Positions 36,726-48,269 of a stretch of 64,000 nt of DNA are shown piece after piece (the stretch's first letter is position 1; each line of letters starts with the position of its first letter). The position numbers and the translations under genes are program-made. The DNA comes from Protoeuglena noctilucae (Eukaryota): contig OY253672.1 in NCBI GenBank assembly GCA_958009085.1, positions 186,001 through 250,000 on the forward strand. Direction: 5' to 3'. Under the pieces are notes generated by a model. It was not told the origin of the DNA. It saw only the letters and a list, made by a program, of their open reading frames with translations, and ran no database searches.

Positions 36726-37349
36726 TCACCGCAAGTGGCCCTCGTCAGCCTCAGTGGAAGCCGTTCTGCGAGCACCCGAGGACAGCCCCACGTCGCGCAC
36801 GCCACATCGCTGTCGTGGCGGAGGAGCTCGACGGAACCCCCCCCCGCGCACCTGGCTGCTGGCAAAGTAAAGGCCCTTGCGCATTTGCCCTGGGGTGACC
36901 ATGCCTGCCCCCTGGCTGTGCCCGTTGCTGTTGTACGACCCCGGCTGCTCTCGCACGGGCGTCGAAGCCAGCGACGGCACCCCATTCTGCCCGCCCCCCA
37001 GCCCGGTGCCCTTGTCCAGCGGCGCCTCGTTGCGGTGCTGCTCCCAGTGCCGGCGAAAGCAGTCCGTGGAGCAGTACATGGACTCAGACGAGCCGCGCTT
37101 GAGGCATTGCATGCACTGGATCACCGCAGGGCGCTGCGGGCGGACGCGGGGAATCAAGTTCGGACGCGAAGGGGCGGAGGGCGGGTTGGCATGCTCGGCG
37201 TGCTCGCTTGCCTGGAGATGGACACAGCAGGCGGGCGTGTCCTTCTCGCCGGGCAAAAGGCGGTTGGATGGCGTCCCTTTGCGCGACACTTTGACCGACT
37301 CCCTGCACGCGGCCCGACGGGCCCTGCAAGCACGGGAAGCCGGTCGCAT
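36726..37349 (-). CDS. Small protein with C6H2/MYND-like zinc finger resembling the plant CCR4 N-terminus (ends uncertain)
   Basis: Removing a GC-AG intron gives CCVHLQ|RPAVIQCMQCLKRGSSESMYCSTDCFRRHWEQH. Confidence 0.55.
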   Translation of the reverse strand: MRPASRACRARRAACRESVKVSRKGTPSNRLLPGEKDTPACCVHLQASEHAEHANPPSAPSRPNLIPRVRPQRPAVIQCMQCLKRGSSESMYCSTDCFRRHWEQHRNEAPLDKGTGLGGGQNGVPSLASTPVREQPGSYNSNGHSQGAGMVTPGQMRKGLYFASSQVRGGGFRRAPPPRQRCGVRDVGLSSGARRTASTEADEGHLR

Positions 37350-38159
37350 CCGTCAAGCCCGCGCGCGCTGCACGGGCCCCGAGGCTCTCCACGGCACGTG
37401 GGACACATCCATCGCCCACGCGGACCCCACGCCCGCGGCTGCGGGCAGGTTCACGCGCAGGGACCCCAAAAAAAGCACCAGTGCTTCGACGCTCCCGAGA
37501 GAGCTGCGCGCCGCCCGTCTCCGTAGCGCCGAGCTGGGGACGAAGCAGGAGCAACTCCCACAGCGCTCGCTGCCACAACGCGGCTCCGCAAGGGGCGGGG
37601 GAGGCCCAAGAGGCAGGCAGGGACGTTGTGGCTCCCGACTTGGCGAACAATCGGCCCGCCGGGCCGGAACCGCTTCCCCGAAGGCGCGAGCACTGCCAAG
37701 AAACGATATCGGGGTGCGGAGAGGGATGCGAAGGCCCGGACGCTTCCCCCGGAGCCCGCAGAGGTCGGCCCGACTCGGAAAAGAAAATCGGCATCGAGCC
37801 CGCGTGTCCCCGCCATCACCACGCCAATAAGTGTGCACAGGCGTCACGCGCAAGGCCCGTCACCTCTCCTGCTCGGCTCAACGCCGAGAATTGGAACCAC
37901 CAGCGTTTTCGCGCACAGCATGCGCCGTTTGGATGACATATCTCTCGCGTTTTGACGCGCACCACGGCGCGCGGGTCCCGTGAGAGCTGGGGAGGGGGCC
38001 AACATGTCAGTCAGGGCTGTGTCTCGACGCGGCGCAGAGAGGCCGCGCAGGACTATTGGAGCAGAACCGGGAGCTTGAATCGCGGGCGCAGCGGGCCGCT
38101 ATCGCCGCGCCCCTCTAGCTCCAGCCCAACCCAGGCCGAACCCTGCCATTGCGCGCCGA

Positions 38160-39053
38160 TCAAACGTTGATCTTGCGGCGGGGGAGCGGGTCCTCGGGCG
38201 AGAAGTACGGTGCGAAAGCGGGGACGTTGTCCTTGCGAGTCTGCAGGCGCAGCGAAAGGCCGGGTGTCAGGTCCTCCCAGCCAATGGGTGAGCCCCCAGG
38301 CAGGAAGGAGGCACGAAGGAGCGCGCAGGGAGACTGCGCACCTGGTACCCGAAGTACATGATGAAGGCCGGGCCCGAGAAAGCAAGGGCCAAGCCCTTGA
38401 GGAACTGCGGGAGCGGCGGGGGTCTCAATCCGTGTGCGCTGACAAGGGTCGTGGGGGCGACCCACAAGACGCTCAAGCCGGCGAGGCGACGTAGGCCCAC
38501 GCCCAGACGGCCGGGGCACCGCGGGAGCGGGGCACGCACGGCTCCATGACGGCCCACTCACCCACGAGCTCGAGACGCCGTGCTGCTCCGGCAGCCACAG
38601 GACGGGGAACGGGTGGGCGCTGCCATCGTACCACGTCCAGTCGTGCTTGTCGACGTCAAGCTGCAAAAGCCGCGGAGGAGGCACATATCATTCCGCTCCG
38701 TGTCCAGCGCTAGCTGCGATGCGGTGGCGCCCGCGGCCTACACATCCCGCCACTCAGCAGCCAGCGACGCACCCGCTTGCTCGACACTCGCTGCTCCTTG
38801 AAGACGCCACCGGAAAAGTAGCTCCTGCGCAGACCGAGCTGCGTGGCATCACACGCCACAAGCCACGACAGCGCCCCCGCGCAGCTCGAATGCGGTGGAT
38901 CGAGAATCGAGACTGTGGAACGCGGAGCTCGCGGTGCGACGCATGCGCCAAGCACGGCGACGGCCTGCTCCGCGGCACGCACCTGCTCGGCAGCGCGTCC
39001 TTGGCACGGAGCGCCCCCCGCGCCAGGGACTCAAGGCCTGCCCTGACTGACAT
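38160..39053 (-). CDS. NDUFB8: Mitochondrial complex I subunit NDUFB8 (ASHI)
   Basis: Spliced product MSVRAGLESLARGALR..LDVDKHDWTWYDGSAHPFPVL..FLKGLALAFSGPAFIMYFGYQTRKDNVPAFAP resembles the plant ASHI pattern WDNGTAFPEP..TM..KVPFTP. Arg-rich presequence. Confidence 0.7.
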
Positions 39054-39477
39054 CCGGCCCGCTTGCCACTCGGGGGGTGCTAGGAAGCGGGCGCTCCCAC
39101 GACACGACTCCCGTCCACTGCAACGCGGCTGGCGAGGCCGCCCGCCCGCTCTGGCACGTCACAGGCGCGCGCGAAGTCCCTGCAAACGCCAAGGCGCTCC
39201 TGGCGTGCCCGAGGACTCACACGCGCGCCCCTAGGGGAGCAGCAACGCTGCCTTATCACCACCGGGACTCCCAGTACAAAACACGGCCACGATCAACCCA
39301 CAGCTTCTGCCGCGTGCTGTGTTCATGGCAGCGCTTCATCTGAGCGGCCCCCAGCCCCGGGTCCCTGACAACGCACGTTGCTGGCGTGTCGCAGGAGTCA
39401 CGTTCTCCGTCTTCGTCCCCGCAGCAGCAATCCGTGGTTCCTCCGCAGTTCTTTCAGGCGCGATCCCGTCCATTCTT

Positions 39478-40538
39478 ATGGTGGGCCCGGCCGGAACCCC
39501 TTGCTTTGGCACGTGCGCACGCAGGGTCACCCTTGGGAGAGGGAACGCCGCTCCCCGGTCCGCCCCTGCGCGGCCGCCAGCCCACCATGCGAGGTGAGAA
39601 AGCACTGCCCGCCCGCTGGGTGCCCAGTGCACCGGGCCACAGGGCAGTATTGCTCAGCTCCCCCGCACCCGCAGAGGACAGTTTGCGACGGTGGAGGAGG
39701 CTGCCCGCGCTCTGGGCCTGACGAGCACGTCGGTGGGGCCAAAGGAGGTCAAGCGGTCTTTCCGAAAGCTCGCTCTTCAGCATCACCCCGACGTATCGGG
39801 TCAGGACGACGGGGCGGAGTTCATGCGCATCTCGCTGGCGTACGAGATTGTGCTGGGTCACGCACTGGGCAAGGACGTAGAGGCCCTGCTAGCGGACGCC
39901 GAGCGGGCGTCGTCGAGCAGCGGCCGGTGGGACTTCCACGACTGGTACTGGTCGTTTCGGAGGTCCCGGATGCGGAAGCGCAAGGGCGATGCCTCGGGGA
40001 CCACACAGCAGCCGAGGTGAGCGCATGGGGGGCATCGCAGACTTGAGCATGAGCCGCAGGGCGTTGCCCAGGAATGCGGGTGCCCCTGCCCCCGGGATGC
40101 TGCAGGGGTGGTCCCGAGCTGGAGGCGCAGCTGCAGGGCATGCGGGAGCGAGCCTCACGGCGGGCCGGGGAGTGGGAGCGAAGGAGGGGAGAGCGCGCCC
40201 GGCGATGGGACGAGTCACACCGACGCCGGAGCGGGGCCCAAGAGGCGGGGGAGGGGGTGTGCGGAAGGTCGAATTCTGTAGGCGCGAGTGGCGAGAGTGG
40301 GCGCCGAGGAGCGGCAGAGGATGGGCGTGGGGCAGACGTGAGGTGGCCGGGGAGGCGAGGCTGGCATGGCCCTGGGCTCTCCGCTGCCCGCGAGGAGGGG
40401 GAGGGGAGCGTGGGCGCTCGCGTGGAGGGGCCGGGTTGTGATAGCAAACTGGATGGCCCAGAGCAGGGGCAGGGAGGCAGCGTCCCGCGTCACGTCTCGC
40501 GGCAGCTAGAGGGCCTCCACCGGAAGGCTCGGCTCTGA
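39478..40538 (+). CDS. J-domain (DnaJ type III) protein, probably organellar
   Basis: ALGL..EVKRSFRKLALQHHPDV..EFMRISLAYEIV with HPD. Transit-like first exon. Confidence 0.85.
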
Positions 40539-40570
40539 CTTGTGCTTGCTTGAAACACTTGGACCACCGC

Positions 40571-41973
40571 CTACCCGCGCCACACGGCGTTCGATGCCAG
40601 CTTGATTGAGGCATTCAGGGTCCCCGATGAGTAGCCATTGTTCCACAGCACCTGCCCCACCGGCGCCGCCACAGCGGGCCCCCCACTCTTCCTCGCCTCG
40701 TCCCTCTCCTTCTTCTCTGCACACGGGGCGCATTACAGGTCCATCCCCGCAACCCGACTGCCAATCCCAGCAGCCCATCGCCACCCGCGCAGCGCCCTCA
40801 CCTTCCCGCAGCCACTCCAGCACGACATCCATGAGGCGCGCCCCCCGGTTGAGCTCCGGTATGTCCCCCACGGCGCCGAACAGCCGCAGCCGCCCCCCCG
40901 CCACGTACGCCAGGTGCGTGGGCCACCCCTCGAGGCCGTCAAAGATATGCGTGCAGTAGACGACCGTGGTGCCCCGCGTCTCGCACTCGTCCCTGAGGAA
41001 CCGCATGAGGGCCGCCCGGGCCAGGACGTCCAGGTCGACCGTCACCTCGTCCAAAAGGAGCACGCGGAACTCGCGGAGGAGGCCGAGGCAGATCTGGACG
41101 CGGCGGCGCTGCCCGTCCGACACGCGATGCATCCGCCACCTGGGGTTGATGCCCATCACCTGCGCCGGGCGGGGCCGGGACTCGTCAAGCCAGGCGAGCC
41201 CAGGGGTGTCACACCAGCACCCGCCCTCCCCAGCCTCGCCTGGATCAGCCGCTCCTTCCTCGCGGGGTCGACTCCCGGCACCAAGTCAATCATCTGCCGG
41301 GCGGGGAAGTCCCCTTGCAGCGGCACCGCGTAGCCGGCAAACGCCACGTCGCGCTCCCAGTTGCCCCCCACTGCGCGGGCGGTCCGTGGCGGGCATTGCC
41401 ACGCTGGCAGATCTCGCAGCGTCTGCCGGCGGTGAGGAGAGACGCTCCGGCAACCCCTCACCGTAGGACAGCTCCCCGGACATGGTCAGGGCCGTGTCGT
41501 GGAAGGGCGGCCGGCCGAGCACCTGCACCGCCGACTCGGGCACCATGTGCTTGCCCGCCAGAACCTTGAGCAGCGTCGTCTTGCCCGCCCCGTTCGGGCC
41601 CACCAGCAGGCACAGGCTGCCCCGGGGGAGGCTGCGTGGGCACAGCAGGATGAGACGTCGGTCATGTCAGGAAGGGACCCGAGCCCGCACATGCCAGCCA
41701 GATGAGGACAGCCACAGCGTGACCCCACCTCATGGACATGTCCCGGACGACGGGGGGCAGGCCGGGGATGGGACGGCCGTCCAGGCCGGGGTACGAGAAG
41801 TCGAGGTGGGAGACCAGCACGGCGGGGGAGTCGAGGTCGTCATTAACTCCGTTCGCAGGTGCCCGCCCGGACGCCGATACCTCCGGCGAGGGCTGCGCGG
41901 CGTCGCCTTGCGTGGACGTGCTCGCGTCGCCGGTTCGTGCGCCCTCCCCCGCCTGCGCCTGGAAGAGGGCCAT
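40571..41973 (-). CDS. ABCI20: Soluble ABC ATPase, ABCI20/CAF16 family
   Basis: [58 protein letters not shown]-terminal NNGYSSGTL. Confidence 0.93.
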
Positions 41974-42705
41974 GGGGGCCTCAGCACTCCGCGGCCCGTA
42001 TTCGACTGGTCCAAGCCGCTGCGGCGCACGGGCGCCGGGCGGAGCCGCTGAGCGAGGCAGGCTGTGCGGATGGCCAGGCGAGTGGCCACGGGGTGACTTG
42101 CCAAGCCGCGCCGATCCTAGCGATGCAGGGGTGCGCGAGTCGCATGGTGGTCAGGACATTACTAAATGAACTGGTGCGAGCAGCATAAAGCGAGCAGACA
42201 GTGGCAACATCGCAGGGAACGGCAGGGATGGAAGCATGGCTGACCACCTTGCGCGCGAACGGGCCCACGGTCGGCAGCTCCTGCAGCTGATAGGCCGCCA
42301 GACCCAACCCCCCCGGATTGGTGATCGATACAGGAACGGGCATCGCAGAGCAAACACGTTTGCAGGAGGCGCCTTGCGCAGGCGCAAAATGAGAGTCAAA
42401 TTGCGAATTAGGACGTTTGGATGTGGGAAAGACAGAGCTAAAGTTTGAGATTTTTGGGCGTTCGTCCCCTCCCGCGCTGCAGATGGCCTACGCCGTACAC
42501 CCACTTGCACGCAGTGGTCAGGGGCGTCAGGCAATTGGCAATAGGCTATTGCTCTCCGATGCCGGTGTACTCTGTGCATCAGGGACTCCTTGCTGACCAT
42601 CTGGAATCCTGCAGTCGTGCGGTCGTGTGCGTGCGGGGTCCCACATCGAACTGCGTGACCCCAGAAGGGTGGAAGGCGCCCGCAATGTGCCACCGCTGTT
42701 TCCAG

Positions 42706-44450
42706 GTGACGAGACTGCGCTGGCGAGTCTGCGTGCTGCTGTCGTTGAGCCTGTCCTCCGCTCCTTGCACCGCGTTGCCGAAGAGAATCTTGAGCCTTGC
42801 CTCAGGGTCTTTCGTGCCTCGAGGACCGGGCGGAGCTGGACAAGTTCTTGCAGAAGTTCGTCCCGCGTAAGCAGGCGAGGCCGGGGCGCCAGCTAGGGGC
42901 CAATCGACTGTATCTTGGCCACGCCGCGTCGCGTCCCACGCAGTACTTGGCCCCTGCGCAGGAGAAAGCCTGCGGGCACCCACCCGGCGCTTGCTGTGGA
43001 AAGAGTGGAGCACATTGCAACGGACGGGTGGAGGACAGCCTGCCCAGCCGGGCAGGCGATGCAGTGGGCCCTGGCGAGGTGGACCGCGCCATCAGTCCGA
43101 GGGCGCCCGCCCCCGAAGCGCATTGAGAGGCTGATGAGCAAGCTTCATGGAGGAGATGGCAGCCCCGGTGCCTGGGTGCCCTCGTGGCGCAGGCGGCAAC
43201 TGGCGGGAGAGGCGGTGGGGGAGGCCGCTGCTGCTGGGGGCGTGCCCCGACCGCTGGGCCCAGGCGACGCCGCGGCGCCCCCGGGGAGGCGATCGTCGTC
43301 ACGGCCGTCGTCGGCCACTGACCGCCGTGGCTCCCATCGCAGCCCCTCCGCCCGGAGTCGCAGTGCGAGTCGGTCACGCACGGGCGCTGCATCCTCCCTC
43401 CACGTGAGCACGTGCCGCCGTGGGTGGCCCCCGCTGAGCGTGACGCGGCCTTGGCAGGCGTCGGCGCCGACAGGAAGCGGCGTTTCCAGCCCCCGACGCC
43501 TCTGCTGTGCCCCGCAGTCACTGCGCCGATCGTTGTCTGCCGCGCTCACCGCCCTGGCTTCGCCCCCGCCGCTGCCGGACTCGGCTCGCGCGTGCCTCCG
43601 CGACCCTAGAAACGTGCTCTCCGACACTGCCGACCTGGCGCTGGCGTCCCGGCTGGGGTACACCCGGGTGTGGGCTGCCCGGGGCCTGCTGAGCAGCGGG
43701 GGGCACGAGGTGGCCAAGTCGGCCATCGCGGCGCACAGGGAGGGGCGGGGGGCCTCCAAGGGCGTGGCGCATGAGGAGGGAGCACTGCGGGGCCTGGGGG
43801 CGGTGGCGGAGGAGCGGGAGGCAAGCGGGGAGGCGACGGTGGGGCAGGGGAGGGCGGACGGCGAGGGCGGGCAGGCGCCGCCGGCCACGCCGCCGCTGCG
43901 CACGGGCGACCGTGCGATGGGGTGGGAGGAGCTGACGACGCTGGTGCGGGAGGGGTCCGAGGCGTCCCTGGGGCGGCTGGTGCGCACGGAGGAGTGCACG
44001 CAGAGGTACCGGCGGGCGCGGGCGGAGGCGCTCGAGTCCTTCGCGACGGTGTCGGACCGCGTCCTGTCGCGGCAGCTGGGGTTCGGGGTGGCGGTGGACG
44101 GCGCGACGGGGAAGCTGGTGGCGGTGGTGGACGGGGACGGCGGGGCGCTGGCTGGGGCGCTGCGTGCGCTGGACGGGGGCCGGTACTGCGAGAGCCTGCG
44201 GGGCGTACGGGTGGCGTGGAGCGAGAACGAGTTCCCGTACGCGTTTGAGTGCGGGGTGGAGCACCACTGCATCTGGTGCACGCGGCCCCTGACCGAGGCG
44301 GAGGTGGCGGCGGTGGTGGCGGCCGAGCGCGCGGGGATGGAGGCGGTGCACTGGGTCAACCCGCCGTCGCTGCAGAGCGTGCGGGCCGTGTGGCACGCGC
44401 ACGTGGCCTCGCGGGCGGGGCCAGGGGCGGGCGACGAGGGGCCATCTTGA
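42706..44450 (+). CDS. DUF3605 (GIG1-like) protein with long N-terminal extension (start uncertain)
   Basis: WEEL..LGRLVR..Y, ENEFPYAFECGVEHHCIW, WVNPPSLQSVRAVWHAHV in 43918-44410. Confidence 0.8.
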
Positions 44451-44588
44451 GCGTATTCAACGTTAACGCCGCCGGCGACGCAAGCGACGCGAGGCGGCAG
44501 CCGCGCGGTGGCGGTTTACGATGCTAGGAAGGCTGCTTGAATGCCCGTGCGACTCTCCCATGCTCCACCTGCTGACACATGCATCCCG

Positions 44589-47500
44589 TCACTGCCCTCG
44601 GTTAACGAGCTCCTGCAGCGCAGAAAACTTCCCCTCCAAGTCTCCGTGCGCCCCGGTCCGTGCAACGCGTGCGGCCGCCCGCTGCTCGGACGCCAGGTGG
44701 AAGGGACGGAGCTGCGGGGGCGGAAGAGGATGTCTTGTCTCTTGCTCCGACACTGCTCCGACACAAAGCCGGGCCCACGGGGTCGGCAGACCTCATGGCA
44801 TGACCTCCACAGCCGCCTTGTCGCTGGAGCTGGGACCCCTGCCCAGCTCACCTGTGTGGACTGGTTCTTCCATGCCGATCCCGCGCTCTCCGGCATGCGC
44901 GCCCCCGCATCGCGCACAGAGGAGCCAAACGCCAGCCCCGCGCGCCGACTGCCGGAAGGTGCTACCCCGACGCTGTGGCCGCCCGTCGATGCACGCGACG
45001 CCGATGCGGGCCTGCAGGGAGCGGCGTAGCACTCAAATGATCGTCGAGCGCGCACCTCTCCCCGTTTCAGCCCGAGGCCTCCCTCGGACCGGTCGAGGCA
45101 GTCGAGTCCAGTCAAGGCAGGTGTCACCTGGCAAGCTCAGGACCTGCCTCTCCCGCGCCGCCCACCGCGTGCGTGGAAGCTCGCAGGCTGGTGCGGAGTC
45201 GGAACTCCCGGGGCTGCGTCGGGGGCCTGGCCACGACGCCCGACCTCTGCCCCGCCAGCGCCAGGGCCGCGTAGTCGGGGACGGGCCGTGCGCGGAAGGC
45301 GCCCCGGGCGGCCAGCTCCTCCACCTCGCGCTCCTCGGTCGTCCTGGGACGCTCGTGGGCGGCGCGAGCCGCGAGGGCCCGGGCCTCGGTGCTGAGGCGG
45401 GGGGGCCCGGGCGAGGCGGTGGAGGGGCGGGGCAGGGCGGAGGCGTGGGTGGAGGCGGCACGCCCCCCGCCTCGCTCGTTGAAACGACGGACGCTCTCCG
45501 CGAGGCCGACGTACGGGGAAGCCGCGGGCGGCGCGGCGTCAGCAGCGCGGAGGGCGGCGCGCCGGGACGTGCTGAGGTCCGGGGTGACGGGGACGGTCGG
45601 GGCGTGCTCGGCGGGGGCCCGGGGATGCCGAGGGGCCGCCGTCACGCGCTCCAGTAGCGCCTGCTGCCGTCGGTGCTCCTGGAAGGCAGCAACGGAGGGG
45701 GGCTCGGGATGGAGAGGGCTGGATTGCGTCACCGTATCCAGCGTGTCCCTGGCCCCCGCGCTCACCTCTTCGGCCTCCCTCTTGGCCTGCAGCAGCGCCG
45801 CCTCCTCCGTCGTCACGCGCTCCTCCGCCACGTGCCCCGCAGCCCGCTGGTCCGTCCGCAGCGCAAACGCCACGGGCACCGTGGCGCGGGGCCGCCACGC
45901 TGCCAGGGCCGCGCGCTTCTCGTCCCCGTGCCGCCGCACCGACCGCGTCCGCGCCAGCGCCGCCTGGGTCGGGGCCAGGAAGCGCGGCCCGCCGCTGGTT
46001 AGCTCCGCCCCCGGGCGCCCCAGCGAGGACGACCGGGGTGGGCCAGTCCGGACCCAGGCGCTCACGAGGCTGGGCTCGGAGCGCAGGAGCACGGACCGAG
46101 GGCTCTCCGAGGAGTTGCGCGCCTGCACGCGCTTGCGAGCCACGGGGCGGGCCCTGGGGCGGGCGGGCGCCGTGCGGGGGGCCGTCCGGGGGTGGGGGGC
46201 TCCAGGCAGGGGAGGCATGGCCGGCGCGGCGGGGGTGGCGGACGCAGACGTGGCTTGCCCCGCGCTTGCGCGGATACGGGGCGACGAGGAGGCGGACGGG
46301 GCGCGCAGGTGGGGGCGCTGCTTGGCGATGCCGGCGGCAGCGGGGCGGAGGGCTGTCGCGCGGGCACGGGACGCTGCCACCGAGCGGGCGGGACGGCGCG
46401 ACACGCGAAGAGTCGGCGACGACCTCCGCTGCGTCGCCTGTACGGGGGTGACATCGGCCCTGACTCCCTCTGCCTGGGGAGCAGGGGCTGCTGAGCCCAG
46501 CGCCAGCCCTCCCTGAGCGGTGGCAGATGGGGGCTGGTCCGGCACCGTGAACGCGAAGGGTCCCTGCAGCGATCCGCGGCGGTTGGACCGCTGTCCTCGG
46601 GAAGCCTCGTCCTCGGCACGCTGGTGACCTTCCATGTGGACGCCCGCCATGGCGTGGCGGCTCCCGCGGAGCGCATCAGGAGCAGGCGCGGAGATGGGCT
46701 CCACGGTCACATCGCGGTGGATCTGGCCGTCGCAGGCCTCCCTCTGCGCCTTCTGGAGCAGGACGGGAAGGGTGGGCTCGGGCGTGGGGGGCTCCGGGTC
46801 CCCAGGGCTTGGGAAGGAGGGGTGCTCGCCGCGCACGGGCGTGGGAGCGGGGCAGCGAGGCGTAAAGGGAGCGGCGCGGCGCCCGCGCGCGGACGCAGGC
46901 GCGTCCTTCAGGGCCGGGGAGGCCAGGGCCGACCGTGCGGGGTCGCCGTTGGTGATGTTCTGCGACACACAACCAGCGAGGGGCCGCGGTGGCGTAGGTC
47001 GAGAGCAGAAGCATCACACGAGTGCCACGCCGCAACGACGAGGCGAAGCCTGGAGTGTGCATGTGCAGTGGGCCATGCGGACCTTGAGCATCAGGCGCGC
47101 CGACCGTCGGGGGGGTGTCACCATGGGGCTGTCATCCCGCAAGAGATCCTCGGTCACGTCCTGTCGCTCTGCAGGCAGACGGGGCAACTCAGGGGGTCAG
47201 CGTGCTTTCAGCCACGCATCCCTGGGCCGCTGGTTGCTCCAGGCTCTCCCACACCTGATTCCGAGGCCGGGCTAGAGGACCCGAAGCGGTCCAGGCCATC
47301 GATGCCTGAGTCCCGGTCGTCGTCGTGCCCACCGCCACGTCCCCTGCGGCACGCAAGGGTCAGGGTGCACCACGGTTCCCGTGTCGTGGATGCACCGTCC
47401 GCCTGCCCCGGGCCGGGGCCATGTCTCGCCATGCCATGACACGGACGCAATACCGATAGGGCCATGTGCCATTGTCTGACCTGGAAGTGAGGCCCCCAGG

Positions 47501-47819
47501 AGCGCCGATGGGCGGCCCGGATGGGCCGGGAGGAGTCCGACGAACCTTGCGGTTGCCTGCGGGCAAGGGTTGTCCCGCCATGTGACGAAATAGTGCGGAA
47601 GCATGGAGGGCGGCGCGGGCGACGAGGACGCGCCACTGGGTGGGATGCACGCAGTCCAGGTGAGACGGGGAGCGCACCCGGGGCGTCGTCGCTCTGGAAC
47701 CACGCTTCAGCATCGTCGTTGACAGACAGCGACGTCATCTCTCGCTCCAGGTCGCAGTAACGCGGCGCGTCGAAGGAGAAGGGCTCCTTGGCGCCCTCCC
47801 GCGCAACGGCCTCGCTCAT
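44589..47819 (-). CDS. TPX2: TPX2 microtubule-associated spindle assembly factor
   Basis: N-terminal FSFDAPRYCDL..AEAWF (Aurora-binding-type). Repeated TxPxxF/PxLxTxxRA motifs, SPYVGLAESVRRF, TTEERE..FRARPV, PTQPREFRLRT, PFHLASEQRA. Confidence 0.82.
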
Positions 47820-48269
47820 CGCCTCCAAGCGACTTGCAAGCGTCCACAGACTCAGCGACCAACTCCCAGCAAACGAGAGACAGAAAAGAAGGTCAGGAAG
47901 AGACGCTTGCCGTCAAAGAGTGATTGGCGGGCGCTAGGAGGGGTGGCGGGAACCTCGCTAACAACGGTTGTCGGCCCGCGTCTCCGAGGCGAGTCACTGT
48001 CGTCGCGCGTCCAATTCAGCATGCAACGTTCGACGTAGACCGTTTCCTGCGCCCTCTCGATTCGCGCGGCCCGGGATGAGTGCAGTTCTGACGAGGGCAT
48101 CCCGACCCAGCCTTCAGCATGATCCCCTCTGTTGGGAATGGAGGTTAAGACATCTTTGCTGCACGTCGCGGAGGGGATCTTCCGTGTCTAAGAGCACGTT
48201 TGTCACCCAATCACGCGGAGGTGGGGGCTGGGCATTCTGCGCCTCCTCGTGATCACAGAGTAGGCAAAG

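Noticed and set aside
48121..48179. 9-bp inverted repeat gatcccctc/gaggggatc upstream of mtnA-mtnK as a riboswitch or ncRNA
   Set aside because: Too short to exceed chance, and no SAM/TPP riboswitch or snoRNA consensus is visible.
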